Positions 1 through 12,313 of a stretch of 64,000 bases of DNA are shown here, in pieces. The stretch's first letter is position 1, and the number at the start of each line of letters is the position of its first letter. A model generated the notes under the pieces. That model had not been told where the DNA came from and searched no databases. It saw only the letters and a program-made list of their open reading frames with translations. Source of the DNA: Chrysomallon squamiferum (taxonomy: Eukaryota > Animalia > Mollusca); NCBI GenBank assembly GCA_012295275.1, contig CM022673.1, forward strand, positions 24,180,001-24,244,000. The letters are read 5' to 3'. Both the position numbers and the translations under genes were made by a program.

Positions 1-70
1 TTGTGATTTATTTTTCTGTTCGAATTATTCACCTTGTTTGGTTCAATTGTTAAACAATATCCGGACGGTA

Positions 71-133
71 GTCTAGTGGTTAGGATTTCGCGCTCTCACC
101 GCGACGGCCGGGGTTCGATTCCCCGTTTGGGAA
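71..133 (+). pseudogene. tRNA-Glu(CTC) copy lacking the 5' 9 nt (acceptor stem 5' strand deleted)
   Basis: GTCTAGTGGTTAGGATTTCGCGCTCTCACCGCGACGGCCGGGGTTCGATTCCCCGTTTGGGAA; relative to the copy at 2821 the segment TTTGTAACTTCCCAAGTG is missing. Confidence 0.85.
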
Positions 134-407
134 AATGTTTATTTTGGTTTTTCCTTCTTTCTTTCGATACTTTTGAATTGTTATTTCAATATATTAAAGA
201 AAGAAATTGATAAGAAGTAACATTAATTTATCTGTTTTATAAATAAAAATATAAAAATGGTGCCAATGTTCTAAAGTTTAATAGCAACAAATTAATTTAG
301 TAATATATTTAATTTTACTTTTTTTATATTAAAGAATGAAATTATAAGAAGCAACAATAATGAATATTTTATAAATAAAATTATATCTATCTATCTTTCT
401 ACAATCA

Positions 408-1327
408 TATCGATTAGACTTATCTCCCTATAGTGATATGTGTTCACAAACATAGATTATAGTTAGGCCCTTACATGAGATGTACTCACTAAGCAAAGTA
501 AAAATTATATCGATTAGACTTATCTCCCTTTAGTGATAAGTGTTCACAAACATAGATTAGAGTTAGGTCCCTTACGTGAGATGTACTCACTAAGCAAATT
601 AATTTTTTTATCGATTAGACTTATCTCCCTTTAGTGATATGTGTTCACAAACATAGATTAGAGTTAGGTCCCTTACGTGAGATGTACTCACTAAGCCTAT
701 TAAAAATTATCGATTAGACTTATCTCCCTTTAGTGAGATGTGTTCACAAACACAGATTAGAGTTATGTCCCTTACGTGAGATGTACTCACTAAGCTTACG
801 TACGCTAATTATCCGATAAATGGAACCTCCAAAAACATCGAGCTTCGATCGTTTTAAAGTTTCAGTGTGGTTATTTATTTGTTTACTTATTTATTTATTT
901 ATTCTATCCTGTCTACTTTCCTTATTGTTGTGATAATAAAAAAAATCAGTAAATATAATAATTTATTGTATCATTTGGTATCAGAATTTATTACTTCTTT
1001 TTGGATTTTATTAATATTCTGAAGTTTATTTGTTTTTAAATTTTCTGGCAATTTTCAGTTAATTGAATTTTGTTTCTTTCAGAATTGTATATGCATTCAG
1101 TACCATCATATCGAGTAGACTTATCTCGCTTTAGTGATATGTGCTCACAAACATAGATTAGAGTTATGATGTGCTCACAAACATAGATTAGAGTTAGGTC
1201 CCTTACGTGAGATGTACTCACTAAGCAAAGTAAAAATTATATCGAATAGACTTCTCTCCCTTCAGTGATATGTGTTAACAAACATTGATTAGAGTTAGGT
1301 CCCTTACGTGAGATGTACTCACTAAGC
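408..1327 (+). repeat. ~100-bp tandem repeat clusters (4 + 2 units), each followed by a ~130-bp tail
   Basis: Unit ATCGATTAGACTTATCTCCCTTTAGTGATATGTGTTCACAAACATAGATTAGAGTTAGGTCCCTTACGTGAGATGTACTCACTAAGC... starts at ~409, 509, 611, 709, 1109, 1241. Confidence 0.9.
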
Positions 1328-2089
1328 TTACGTACGTTCATTATCCGATAAATGAAACCTCCAAAAGGCCGAGCTTCGATCATTTTAAAGTTTCAAAGTG
1401 GTTCTTTATTTATTTATAATCTCCTGTCTACTTTGCTTATTGTTGTTATAATAAAATAAGAAGTAAATAAAATAAAATATAAATATTATTATTAATTAAA
1501 TTCTTCAGGCTACAGAATAAAATATTAATCATTTTTACTCGAATATGAGGAACCAACAAACAAAATAAAAGTTACAGTTATTTTTTCTGTGAAGAGCCCA
1601 AACCTTTTTATTGTCTTAATCGAATAACAAATATATGTTCACACTGTGCAAGATATTCCAAGATATAATAATGTCTTCATCAAAGAACAGTTGAAGACAA
1701 TTTTAATATACAGAGTAGAAAGAGTTTGAAACAGAAACCGTTAGACAACAACAAACGTTTACCAGAAAACTGATCATATAGTACAATTACATATCAACAG
1801 ATTTCAGTTTTATACATGTCAAACACATATATTTATATTGATAACCCAAAAGAGTTTTAATCCACTTCCCAGCGTTTATCAATGCCCTAGTAAATGCAAT
1901 CCATCTGAAAATAGATATATCAAGTTTGTGGACATGTGATCAACGTTAAAGTGAAATCAGAATATGTTTCTTTCTAAATTATTTGTGATGTTACTTGAGT
2001 GTAATATATAAAATTTATTTTTCTGTTCGAAGTATTTACTTTGCTTGCATTTCAGTTATTAAATAGGATCCAGAACAGCATTTGTAACT

Positions 2090-2161
2090 TCCCAAGTGGT
2101 CTAGTGGTTAGGATTTCGCGCTCTCACCGCGACGTCCGGGGTTCGATTGACCGCTTGGGAA
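2090..2161 (+). tRNA. tRNA-Glu(CTC) variant 'B' with T-stem mismatches (CGGGG/GACCG), possibly non-functional
   Basis: 72-nt cloverleaf, anticodon loop CTCTCAC; T arm CGGGG-TTCGATT-GACCG has two G-A/G-G mispairs. Confidence 0.75.
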
Positions 2162-2820
2162 AATGGTTGATTTACTTTTGTTTTTTCTTTTTCGATACTT
2201 TTGAATTGTTATTTCAATATATTAAAGAATGAAATTGATAAGAAGGCACAATAAATTATCTGTTTTATAAATAAAAATATAAAAATGGTGCCAGTGTTCT
2301 ACAGTTTAGTGTCAAAAAATTAATTTAGTAACATATTTAGCTTTACTTTTTTCTATTTATTAACAATATTAACATCACATAATAACGCTAGTTTTAAAAT
2401 TTTATGTAATATATCTTTCTAAAACAATACGAAATTGTGATTATCAATAATTTGCCAACGATAATAATGCAGCAAACTATTCACATATCACAATTATATA
2501 CCAACAGATTTGAGTTTTAAACATGTGAACCATATATTCAATATTGATAACCCGAAAAGCTTTTAATCCAGTTATAAGCGTTTATCAATGCCCTAGAAAA
2601 CAGAATCCACCTGTCGGTAGTCATATCAAGTTTCTCGACCTGTGATCAACGTTAAACTGAAATAACAATATGTTTCTTTCTTAATTATTTGTGATGTTAC
2701 TTGAGTGCACTATATACACACTGTCTATAACAATATAATTGTTGTGATTTATTTTTCTGTTCGAATTATTCACCTTGTTTGGTTCAATTGTTAAACAATA
2801 TCCAGACGGTATTTGTAACT

Positions 2821-2892
2821 TCCCAAGTGGTCTAGTGGTTAGGATTTCGCGCTCTCACCGCGACGGCCGGGGTTCGATTCCCCGTTTGGGAA
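2821..2892 (+). tRNA. tRNA-Glu(CTC), intact 'A' type
   Basis: Acceptor TCCCAAG/TTTGGGA, D arm GTCT/GGAT, anticodon stem TCGCG/CGCGA with CTC, T stem CGGGG/CCCCG, A box TGGTCTAGTGG, B box GGTTCGATTCC, T4 terminator shortly downstream. Confidence 0.95.
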
Positions 2893-3166
2893 AATGTTTA
2901 TTTTGGTTTTTCCTTCTTTCTTTCGATACTTTTGAATTGTTATTTCAACATATTAAAGAAAGAAATTGATAAGAAGTAACATTAATTTATCTGTTTTATA
3001 AATAAAAATATAAAAATGGTGCCAATGTTCTAAAGTTTAATAGCAACAAATTAATTTAGTAATATATTTAATTTTACTTTTTTTATATTAAAGAATGAAA
3101 TTATAAGAAGCAACAATAATGAATATTTTATAAATAAAATTATATCTATCTATCTTTCTACAATCA

Positions 3167-4083
3167 TATCGATTAGACTTATCTCCCTATAGTGATATGT
3201 GTTCACAAACATAGATTATAGTTAGGCCCTTACATGAGATGTACTCACTAAGCAAAGTAAAAATTATATCGATTAGACTTATCTCCCTTTAGTGATTTGT
3301 GTTCACAAACATAGATTAGAGTTAGGTCCCTTACGTGAGATGTACTCACTAAGCAAATTAATTTTTTTATCGATTAGACTTATCTCCCTTTAGTGATATG
3401 TGTTCACAAACATAGATTAGAGTTAGGTCCCTTACGTGAGATGTACTCACTAAGCCTATTAAAAATTATCGATTAGACTTATCTCCCTTTAGTGAGATGT
3501 GTTCTCAAACACAGATTAGAGTTATGTCCCTTACGTGAGATGTACTCACTAAGCTTACGTACGCTAATTATCCGATAAATGGAACCTCCAAAAACATCGA
3601 GCTTCGATCGTTTTAAAGTTTCAATGTGGTTATTTATTTTTTTATTTTTTTATTTTTTTATTTTTTTATTTATTTATTTATTTATTCTATCCTGTCTACT
3701 TTCCTTATTGTTGTGATAATTAAAAAATAAATCAGTAAATATAATAATTTATTGTATCATTTGGTATCAGAATTTATTACTTCTTTTTGGATTTTATTAA
3801 TATTCTGAAGTTTATTTGTTTTTAAATTTTCTGGCAATTTTCAATTAATTGAATTTTGTTTCTTTCAGAATTGTATATGCATTCAGTACCATCATATCGA
3901 GTAGACTTATCTCGCTTTAGTGATATGTTGTCACAAACATAGATTAGAGTTAGGTCCCTTACGTGAGATGTACTCACTAAGCAAAGTAAAAATTATATCG
4001 AATAGACTTCTCTCCCTTCAGTGATATGTGTTAACAAACATTGATTAGAGTTAGGTCCCTTACGTGAGATGTACTCACTAAGC
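3167..4083 (+). repeat. ~100-bp tandem repeat clusters (4 + 2 units)
   Basis: Same unit as 408-1327, offset by ~2759. Confidence 0.9.
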
Positions 4084-5376
4084 TTACGTACGTTCATTAT
4101 CCGATAAATGAAACCTCCAAAAACGCCGAGCTTCGATAGTTTTAAAGTTTCAACGTGGTTGTTTTTTTATTTATACTCTCCTGTCTACTTTGCTTATTGT
4201 TGTTATAATAAAATTATAAGGAAATAAAATAAAATATAAATATTATTGTTAATTAAATTGTTCAGTCTACAGAATAAAATATTAATCATTTTTACTCGAA
4301 TATAAGGAACCAACCAACCGCAAACTGATCAAATAGTATAATTATATATCTGTTTTATCTTGTTTTGTTTTTTTAGTGTTATTGGTGTTTTAGTGTTTGA
4401 GAGCCTCTCTCTGTCTGTCTATCTCTGTGTCTGTGTGTTGTGTTTTTGTCTTAATGGTGTCTGTGTGTTTGAGTATGTCTGTTTGTCTATCTATCTGTGA
4501 GTCTGTGTGTTGTGGTTTTGTGTTAATGGTGTTTGAGTGTGTCTGTTTGTTTGCCTATTTGTATGTCTGTGTGTTGTGTTTTTGTGTTAGTGGTGTCTGT
4601 GTGTTTGAGTGTATCAGTCTGTCTATCTGTGTATTTGTTTGGATGTTTGTAGAAATTTCTCCAATGTGCACAGAATTCTCTTTCTTTTTCTCAGATTTTC
4701 TGAGATTTATTTTGAATTCTTATTTTTCTATTTGTGTAAGAGAATTTGACAGAAACTCAGAAGTTGTGTTTTGAAGTTTGGTGAATTTTGGAAGGTTTGT
4801 TTTTATGTCTGATTTTTGCTTTAATAAATTGAGTTATTATTCGATTAAATTCATTAGTCATTATTACACTTCTGAATTAAGATATTACATAACTATCGAT
4901 GAAAATTAATTTAAGCGTAACTAATAGAATCCGATCTCAATTTCATTCTATATCACATATTACTTAACAAAAAAACGTTGATCCAGTCACTCATCTGTAT
5001 TCTTTTTTCAATTAAAATTATACATAAGTAGTTACAGCTCCGATACAATAATTTCTTACCATAACATTTGCAGTGTATTTTTCCATTTATTTTCTATTGG
5101 GATAATATCAGTAACTATTTAAAATTAACGATGCACTTTATTGGGCTTATTTCTATGGCTAACTTGAGTTTCCTGCCACCAAAATAGCGAAAATACCGCA
5201 ATATGAACATTAAGAATAATTCAGGTATATTAATATTTCTCTCATAAAATAAACTGATAAGTAGACAGACAGACAGACAGACACACACACACACACACAC
5301 ACACAGACAGACAGACAGAGAGACAGACAGATAGATAGATAGATAAATCGATAGATAAATCGAATCATTGTCACAC

Positions 5377-5407
5377 CGCGAAATCCTAACCACTAGACCA
5401 CTTGGGA
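5377..5407 (-). pseudogene. tRNA-Glu 5' half (nt 1-31) joined to unrelated sequence
   Basis: Minus strand reads TCCCAAGTGGTCTAGTGGTTAGGATTTCGCG then GTGTGACAATG; normal upstream flank present. Confidence 0.9.
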
Positions 5408-5568
5408 AGTTACAAATACCGTCTGGATACTGTTTAACAATTGAACCAAACAAGGTGAATAATTCGAACAGAAAAATAAAAACAATACAATTATATTGTT
5501 ATAGATAGAGTGTATATACTAAACTCCAGTAACATCACAAATATTTAAGAAAGAAACATATTGTCATT

Positions 5569-5592
5569 TCCTAACCACTAGACCACTTGGGA
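5569..5592 (-). pseudogene. tRNA-Glu 5' fragment (nt 1-24) in a ~185-bp tandem duplication of the upstream flank
   Basis: TCCTAACCACTAGACCACTTGGGA plus flank repeats 5384-5570. Confidence 0.8.
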
Positions 5593-6380
5593 AGTTACAA
5601 AAACCGTCTGGATACTGTTTAACAATTGAACCAAACAAGGTGAATAATTCGAACAGAAAAATAAATCACAACAATTATATTGTTATAGACAGAGTGTATA
5701 TATATTACATTCAAGTAACATCACAAATAATTAAGAAAGAAACATATTGTTATTTCACTTTAACGTTGATCACAGGTCGAGAAACTTGATATATCTATTT
5801 ACAGATGGATTACATTTACTAGGGCATTGATAAACGCTGGGAAGTGGATTAAAAGTCTTTTGGGATATCAATATAAATATATGTGTTTGACATGTATAAA
5901 ACTGAAATCTGTTGATATGTAATTGTACTATATGATCAGTTTTCTGGTAAACGTTTGCTGTCTAACGGTTTCTGTTTCAAACTCTTTCTACTCTGTATAT
6001 TAAAAAATGTCTTCAATTATTCTTTGATGAAGATATTATTACATCTTGGAATATCTTGTACAGTCTGAACATATATTTGTTATTTGATTAAGACAATAAA
6101 AAGGTTTCGGCTCTTCACAGAAAAAATAACTGTAACTTCCATTTTGTTTGTTGGTTCCTCATATTCGAGTAAAAATGATTAATATTTTATTCTGTAGCCT
6201 GAAGAAATTAATTGATAATAATATTTATATTTTATTTTATTTACTTATTATTTTATTATAACAACAATAAGCAAAGTAGACAGGAGAGTATAAATAAAAA
6301 AACAACCACGTTGAAACTTTAAAACGATCGAAGCTCGGCGTTTTTGGATTTTTCATTTATCGGATAATTAACGTACGTAA

Positions 6381-6602
6381 GCTTAGTGAGTACATCTCAC
6401 ACGTAAGGAACCTAACTCTAATCTATGTTTGTGAACACATATCACTGAAGGAAGAGAAGTCTATTCGATATAATTTTTACTTTGCTTAGTGAGTACATCT
6501 CACGTAAGGGACCTAACTCTAATCTATGTTTGTGAGCACATATCACTATAGGGAGATAAGTCTAATCGATAAACAGTTTACTTTGCTTGGTAAACACACA
6601 CA

Positions 6603-6644
<42 letters not shown>

Positions 6645-7198
6645 ACACACACCCACACAGAGAAAGAGAGAAAAATCTCTGGTACTGAATGCATATACAA
6701 TTCTGAAAGAAACAAAATTCAATTAATTGAATATTGCCAGAAAATTTGAAAACAAATAAACTTCAGAATATTACTAAAATCCAAAAAGAAATAATAAATT
6801 CTGATATTAAAAAACAGACTCTATCAAATGATACAATAAATTATTATATTTACTGATTTTTTTATGATCACAACAATAAGGAAAGTAAACAGGATAGAAT
6901 AAATAAATAAATAAATAAGTAAACAAATAAATAACCACATTGAAACTTTAAAACGATCGAAGCTCGATGTTTTTGGAGGTTCCATTTATCGGATAATTAG
7001 CGTACGTAAGCTTAGTGAGTACATCTCACGTAAGGGACATAACTCTAATCAATGTTTGTTAACACATATCACTAAAGGGAGATAAGTCTAAGCGATAAAA
7101 AATTTACTTTGCTTAGTGAGTACATCTCACATAAGGGACCTAACTCTAATCCATGTTTGTGAGCACATATCACTATAGGGAGATAAGTCTAATCGATA
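6381..7198 (-). repeat. ~100-bp tandem repeat clusters (2 + 2 units) separated by (AC)n and tail
   Basis: Reverse complement of the unit, GCTTAGTGAGTACATCTCACGTAAGGGACC, at ~6381, 6484, 7010, 7111. Confidence 0.85.
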
Positions 7199-7205
7199 TG
7201 ATTGC

Positions 7206-7250
<45 letters not shown>

Positions 7251-7500
7251 TAATTTTATTTATAAAACATTCATTATTGTTGCTTCTTATAATTTCATTC
7301 TTTAATGTAAAAAAACTAAAATTAAATATATTACTAAATTAATTTGTTGATATTAAACTTTAGAAAATTGGCACCATTTTTATATTTTTATTTATAAAAC
7401 AGATAAATTAATGTTACTTCTTATCAATTTCTTTCTTTCATATTTTGAAATAACAATTCAAAAGTATCGAAAGAAAGAAGGAAAAACCAAAATAAACTTT

Positions 7501-7572
7501 TTCCCAAACGGGGAATCGAACCCCGGCCGTCGCGGTGAGAGCGCGAAATCCTAACCACTAGACCACTTGGGA
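7501..7572 (-). tRNA. tRNA-Glu(CTC), intact
   Basis: Exact reverse complement of the 2821-2892 copy. Confidence 0.95.
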
Positions 7573-8584
7573 AGTTACAAATACCGTCTGGATACTGTTT
7601 AACAATTGAACCAAACAAGGTGAATAATTCGAACAGAAAAATAAAAACAATACAATTATATTGTTATAGATAGAGTGTATATACTACACTCCAGTAACAT
7701 CACAAATATTTAACAAAGAAACATATTGTTATTTCAGTTTAACGTTGATCACAGGTCGAGAAACTTGATATGACTACCTACAGGTGGATTCTATTTTCTA
7801 GCGCATTGATAAACGCTTATAACTGGATTAAAAGTTTTTGGGGTTATCAATATTGAATATATGGTTCACGTGTTTAAAACTGAAATCTGTTGGTATATAA
7901 TTGTACTATATGAATAGTTTGTGGCATTATTATTGTTGGGAAATTATTCACAATCACAATTTCATATTGTTTTAGAAATTTTAAAAATAACAATTATAAA
8001 ATTAATTTTTTTTAAAACTAACAATATTATGTGATATTAATATTGCTAATAAATATATTAATAAATTAATTTATTGACACTAAACTTTAGAACATTGGCA
8101 CCATTTTTATTTTTTCATGTATAAAACAGACAAATTATTGTTACTTCTTATTTGTTTCTTCCATTAATATATTGAAATAAGAATTGAAAAGTATCGAGAA
8201 AGAAGAAGTAATTTACCTTGCATAAAATAAGTACGATACACATCGACAGTAGATAAAAATATTAACATGTTCTTACTGTCGTGTAAAATAAGTGCATTGT
8301 AAACTCAATATTTTGCTGATATTTGCTGATGACTTTATTGACTGTACGATTCAAATTCTAGGATATTTCTACGAATTTCGAATACAGTGATTGTTTTTTT
8401 TTCTTATGATTAGCTGGGTTTTATTTTTTTTTATTTTTTTTTTCTTGCTTCAAAATTCGACTGTCAATTTAAAAATGAGAACAGAATGTCACAGGCAATC
8501 AATGAAAAACATTATATTTATTAAATATATTAGCATTCTTCTATAGAACAATGCTGCAAGTTTTGAATTCGTACTTGTTTTCTT

Positions 8585-9170
8585 CTAGCAAATGCGACCA
8601 TTGCAGCACTTGTGGTATTTTGCATCATAACCTTGCTTTCCACAACATGCAGGACGATATCCTGTTATGAAGACGACGTTTCCCCCGCAGCACATTTTTA
8701 ATGACGCATCGTAACTTCGTGGTCCACAACAGGCAAAACTTATTCCTGTTGTGTTCGCAACGTTTCCCCGGCAGCATATTTGGTACGTTCCGTCATAACT
8801 TCGTGTGCCACAACATCCAGAAGTTATTCTTGTCCTGGGGACAACGTTTCCAGCGCAGCACATGCTGAACCTTGGATTGTAGGTGCTCTGACCGCATAAA
8901 GCTGTATTTCAACATTAACATATAAACATATATATATATTATCTATCGATCCATGCATTTACCTGATTTGTAGGTGTGTACACGTAACAATATTAATACA
9001 ATCATCTGTAAGGGTTCAGAAATGCGTGTAGGCTGTCTATTTGTGTAATCAAAGCTATACTTCATAAGAAAAAAGAAATAAATACCTGGCGAAGACGTCG
9101 ATATTACCAAAGACTGAATTCGTGTTACTAATACAGCGACAACAAAAGCCAAAAGAGAAACGTTCTTCAT
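8585..9170 (-). CDS. Galaxin-like secreted Cys-rich protein G1, 133 aa; exons 9170-9086 and 8901-8585
   Basis: Exon 1 encodes hydrophobic signal-like MKNVSLLAFVVAVLVTRIQS; phase-1 intron CAG|GTATTT...AATACAG|CT; 85+317 nt = 134 codons; CG..Y....CC.G.V......CCG..YD repeats, 16 Cys. Confidence 0.85.
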
Positions 9171-9574
9171 TTGTTTCTTTTCTTCTTTTTTTCTTTTTTT
9201 TAATGGTCTGGAGAAAAATAAATGACATTATTTATAACATTAATAATACAATACACAAAAAAATAAATTAATATAACTGTGCAGAATACCAGTCAATCGC
9301 AAATATTTAAAATTGTAATAGTTTAATATTACAACACTATAATATTATTAGTTTTATAAATAAAATATAACATGAAAAGATAAAATCGGAAACATCCAAG
9401 TCCAAAATATTAAAAATTGAAGAAAGAGACGCCATTGTAGGTTTATAGAAAATAGAAAGTTTTAAAGTCGTAATTCTTTTCAGTCTCTCTCTAATGTATA
9501 ATCCTACATAATACTAACAACAACAACAATAACAACAATAACAATATTAATAATAATAAAATAAAAACAACAGT

Positions 9575-9607
<33 letters not shown>

Positions 9608-10502
9608 AATAATAATAATGATTTAAAACACATACATGCAAAAAACATATCACATCTGACAATTTTAGAATAACGATGTAAGAAAATGGATAATATAAAC
9701 ACTTATAAATGTTCTGTTGCTGAACTATGCAGATTAGACAGTTTTACTTACTACTAACCTGAATACCGTGGATCTGTTATTACAGAGGTGGAGAATTCGA
9801 TCGAATACTTTAACTCTGTTAAAGCAAAACCAAACCAACGTTCACCAACCGAAGATAAAGAAAACTTATTATTTTCAGTTTTCGATAGCTCATCAAATGA
9901 ATCTAAAATTGTAAAACGATTAACATTTCTAAGTAAAAAAATGATCTAATTTCTTTCTTAGGCACAGTCGCGAATTAGGCCAGCTTATGTCATTTATATG
10001 TTCATCTGGGTTCCAAAGTTTCACACTTTGTTAACACATCTGAGTATTATAACGGTAATGGCCAATGGAAAATTTTCAGCACTCCAATAGGTTGACAGAT
10101 TTTGCGCATCTGCACGTGCCTACACATGTACGCCATTAAATATATCCACAATTTAGTTTGATATACAGCTATCGAATCACAAGTGTAGATATGTATCAAG
10201 CCAGTCTAACATACCTTCAGTGACGATTTTTAGTTTTATAAATTTGTTTAATTTTTTAATTTTTTAATTTTTTTTCTTTTATACAAAGATTTTATTCCAA
10301 AAAATATAAACCATAAATTTATAATCCGACTGAAACGATATCCACTGAACGAATTCGTTTATGTCTACGGTTACCGTTTGATGTCTACCAACATCGTCGC
10401 GATGAATGACAAAACTGACTTCAAAGCCATCAACATCAGACATCATACAGGTTTTTGTCTCATTTGAGAGTTCAGTTACAGCCATGTATATACATAATAT
10501 AC

Positions 10503-10575
<73 letters not shown>

Positions 10576-10720
10576 CTTTTTTTTTGATCTAGAAAAAAAT
10601 ATATACATTTGTCAATTACAAATAAATTGTTATTCCATCTTACCAATTTCTTTCTTTAATATATTGAAGTAACAACTCATAGGTATCGAAAAACATGAAC
10701 GAAAAAGTAAAACATACGCT

Positions 10721-10792
10721 TTACCAAGGGGGTAATCGAACCCCGGCAGTCGCGGTGAGAGCGCGAAATCCTAACCACTAGACCACTTGGGA
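10721..10792 (-). pseudogene. Degenerate tRNA-Glu(CTC)
   Basis: Full length but T stem (CGGGG/ACCCC) and acceptor 3' strand (CTTGGTA) mismatched. Confidence 0.8.
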
Positions 10793-11737
10793 AGTTAAAA
10801 TGACTGCTCTGGATATTATTTAAGAACTGAAAAGCAAACAAGGTGAATACTTCGAACAGAAAAATAAATCACTACAACTATACCGTTATAGACAGTAGAT
10901 ACAGTGTATATATTACACTCAAGTAACATCAAATAATTAAGAAAAAAACATATTTTTATTTCAATTTAACATTGATCAAAGGTCGACAAACTTGATATGT
11001 CTATCTACAGGAGGATTCCATTTTCTAGGGCATGGATAAACGCTGGTAAATGGATTAAAAATGTTTGGGGTTATCAATATATGGTTGACATTTCTAAAAC
11101 TGACATCTGTACTGTATGAATAGTTTGTGACATTATTATTGTTGGGAAATTATTCATAATCACAATTTCGTATTGGTTTAGAAAGATATGTTACATAAAA
11201 TTTTAAAACTAACAATATTACGTGATGTTAATATTGCTAATAAATATCTTAAGAAGTTAATTTATTGGCACCATTTATATATTTTTATGTATAAAACAGA
11301 TAAATTATTGTTACTTATTATCAATTTACTTTCTTTAATATATTGAAATAAGAATTGAAATGTATCGAGAAAGAAGAAGTAATTTACCTTGCATAAAATA
11401 AGTACGATACACATCCACAGTAGATAAAAATATTAACATGTTCTTACTGTCGTGTAAAATAAGTGCATTGTAAACTCACTATTTTGCTGATATTTGCTAA
11501 TGACTTTATTGACTGTATGATTCAAATTCTAGGATATTTCCACGAATTTCGAATAGAATAATTATATTTTGTTATTAGCTGTGTTTTTCTTTCTTTTCTT
11601 GCTTCAAAATTCGACTGTCAATATAAAAATGAGAACAGAATTTACAGGTAATCAATGAAAAACATTATATTTATTAATTATATTAGCATTCTTCTATAGA
11701 ACAATGCTGCAAGTTTTGAATTCGTACTTGTTTTCTT

Positions 11738-12313
11738 TTAGCAAATACGACCATTGCAGCACTTGCGGTATGTTGCATCATAACCTTGTTTTCCACAACA
11801 TGCAGGACGATTTCCTCTTATGAAGACGACGTTTCCCCTGCAGCACATTTTTAATGACGCATCGTAACTTCGTGGTCCACAACAGGCAAAACTTTGTCCT
11901 CTTCTGTCCGCAACGTTTCCCCCGCAGCACATTTGGTGCGTTACGTCATAACTTCGTTTGCCACAACATGCAGACAGTATTCCTGTCCAGGAGACAACGT
12001 TTCCAGCGCAGCACATGCTGAACCTTGGACTGTAGGTGCTCTGACCGCAAAAAGCTGTATTTCAACATTAACATATATATATCATCTATCGATCTATGCA
12101 TTTACCTGATTCCTATGAGTGTACACGTAACAGTATTAAAACAATCATCTGTAAGGGTTCAGAAATGCGTGTAGGCTGTTTATTTGTGTAATCAAAGCTA
12201 TACCTCATAAGAAAAAAGAAATAAATACCTGGTGAAGACGTCGATATTACCAAAGAATGAATTCGTGTAACTAATACAGCGACAACAAAAGGCAAAAGAG
12301 AAATATTCTTCAT
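11738..12313 (-). CDS. Galaxin-like protein G2, 133 aa; exons 12313-12229 and 12054-11738
   Basis: Same 85+317 nt exon structure, GT-AG intron, open frame, 16 Cys. Confidence 0.85.

Larger units (their letters stand above)
1..4318 (+). repeat. 2.76-kb higher-order tRNA-Glu repeat (two tRNA monomers plus minisatellite module), ~1.5 copies
   Basis: Sequence from 71 recurs at 2830 (period 2759) and stays collinear until ~4315; the same unit recurs at 5.6-7.6 kb and 36.4-37.9 kb (minus strand) and 48.6-56.2 kb (plus strand). Confidence 0.9.

Noticed and set aside
408-795. 100-bp repeats as a CRISPR-like array, iron-responsive element or hammerhead ribozyme
   Set aside because: No unique spacers and no cas genes; the hairpin loop is ATGTA, not CAGTGN; no CTGANGA/GAAA core seen on either strand
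2775-2969. Recurrent ~64-aa ORFs 'MFGSIVKQYPDGICNFPSGLVVRISRSHRDGRGSIPRLGK'
   Set aside because: Read-through of tRNA-Glu from a TTG start; the conservation reflects the tRNA repeat, not protein coding
10279-10672. ORFs with THTH/CVCV or poly-Leu/poly-Cys runs (also 4397, 12632, 21973, 26006)
   Set aside because: Translations of (GT)n and (AAC/AAT)n microsatellites
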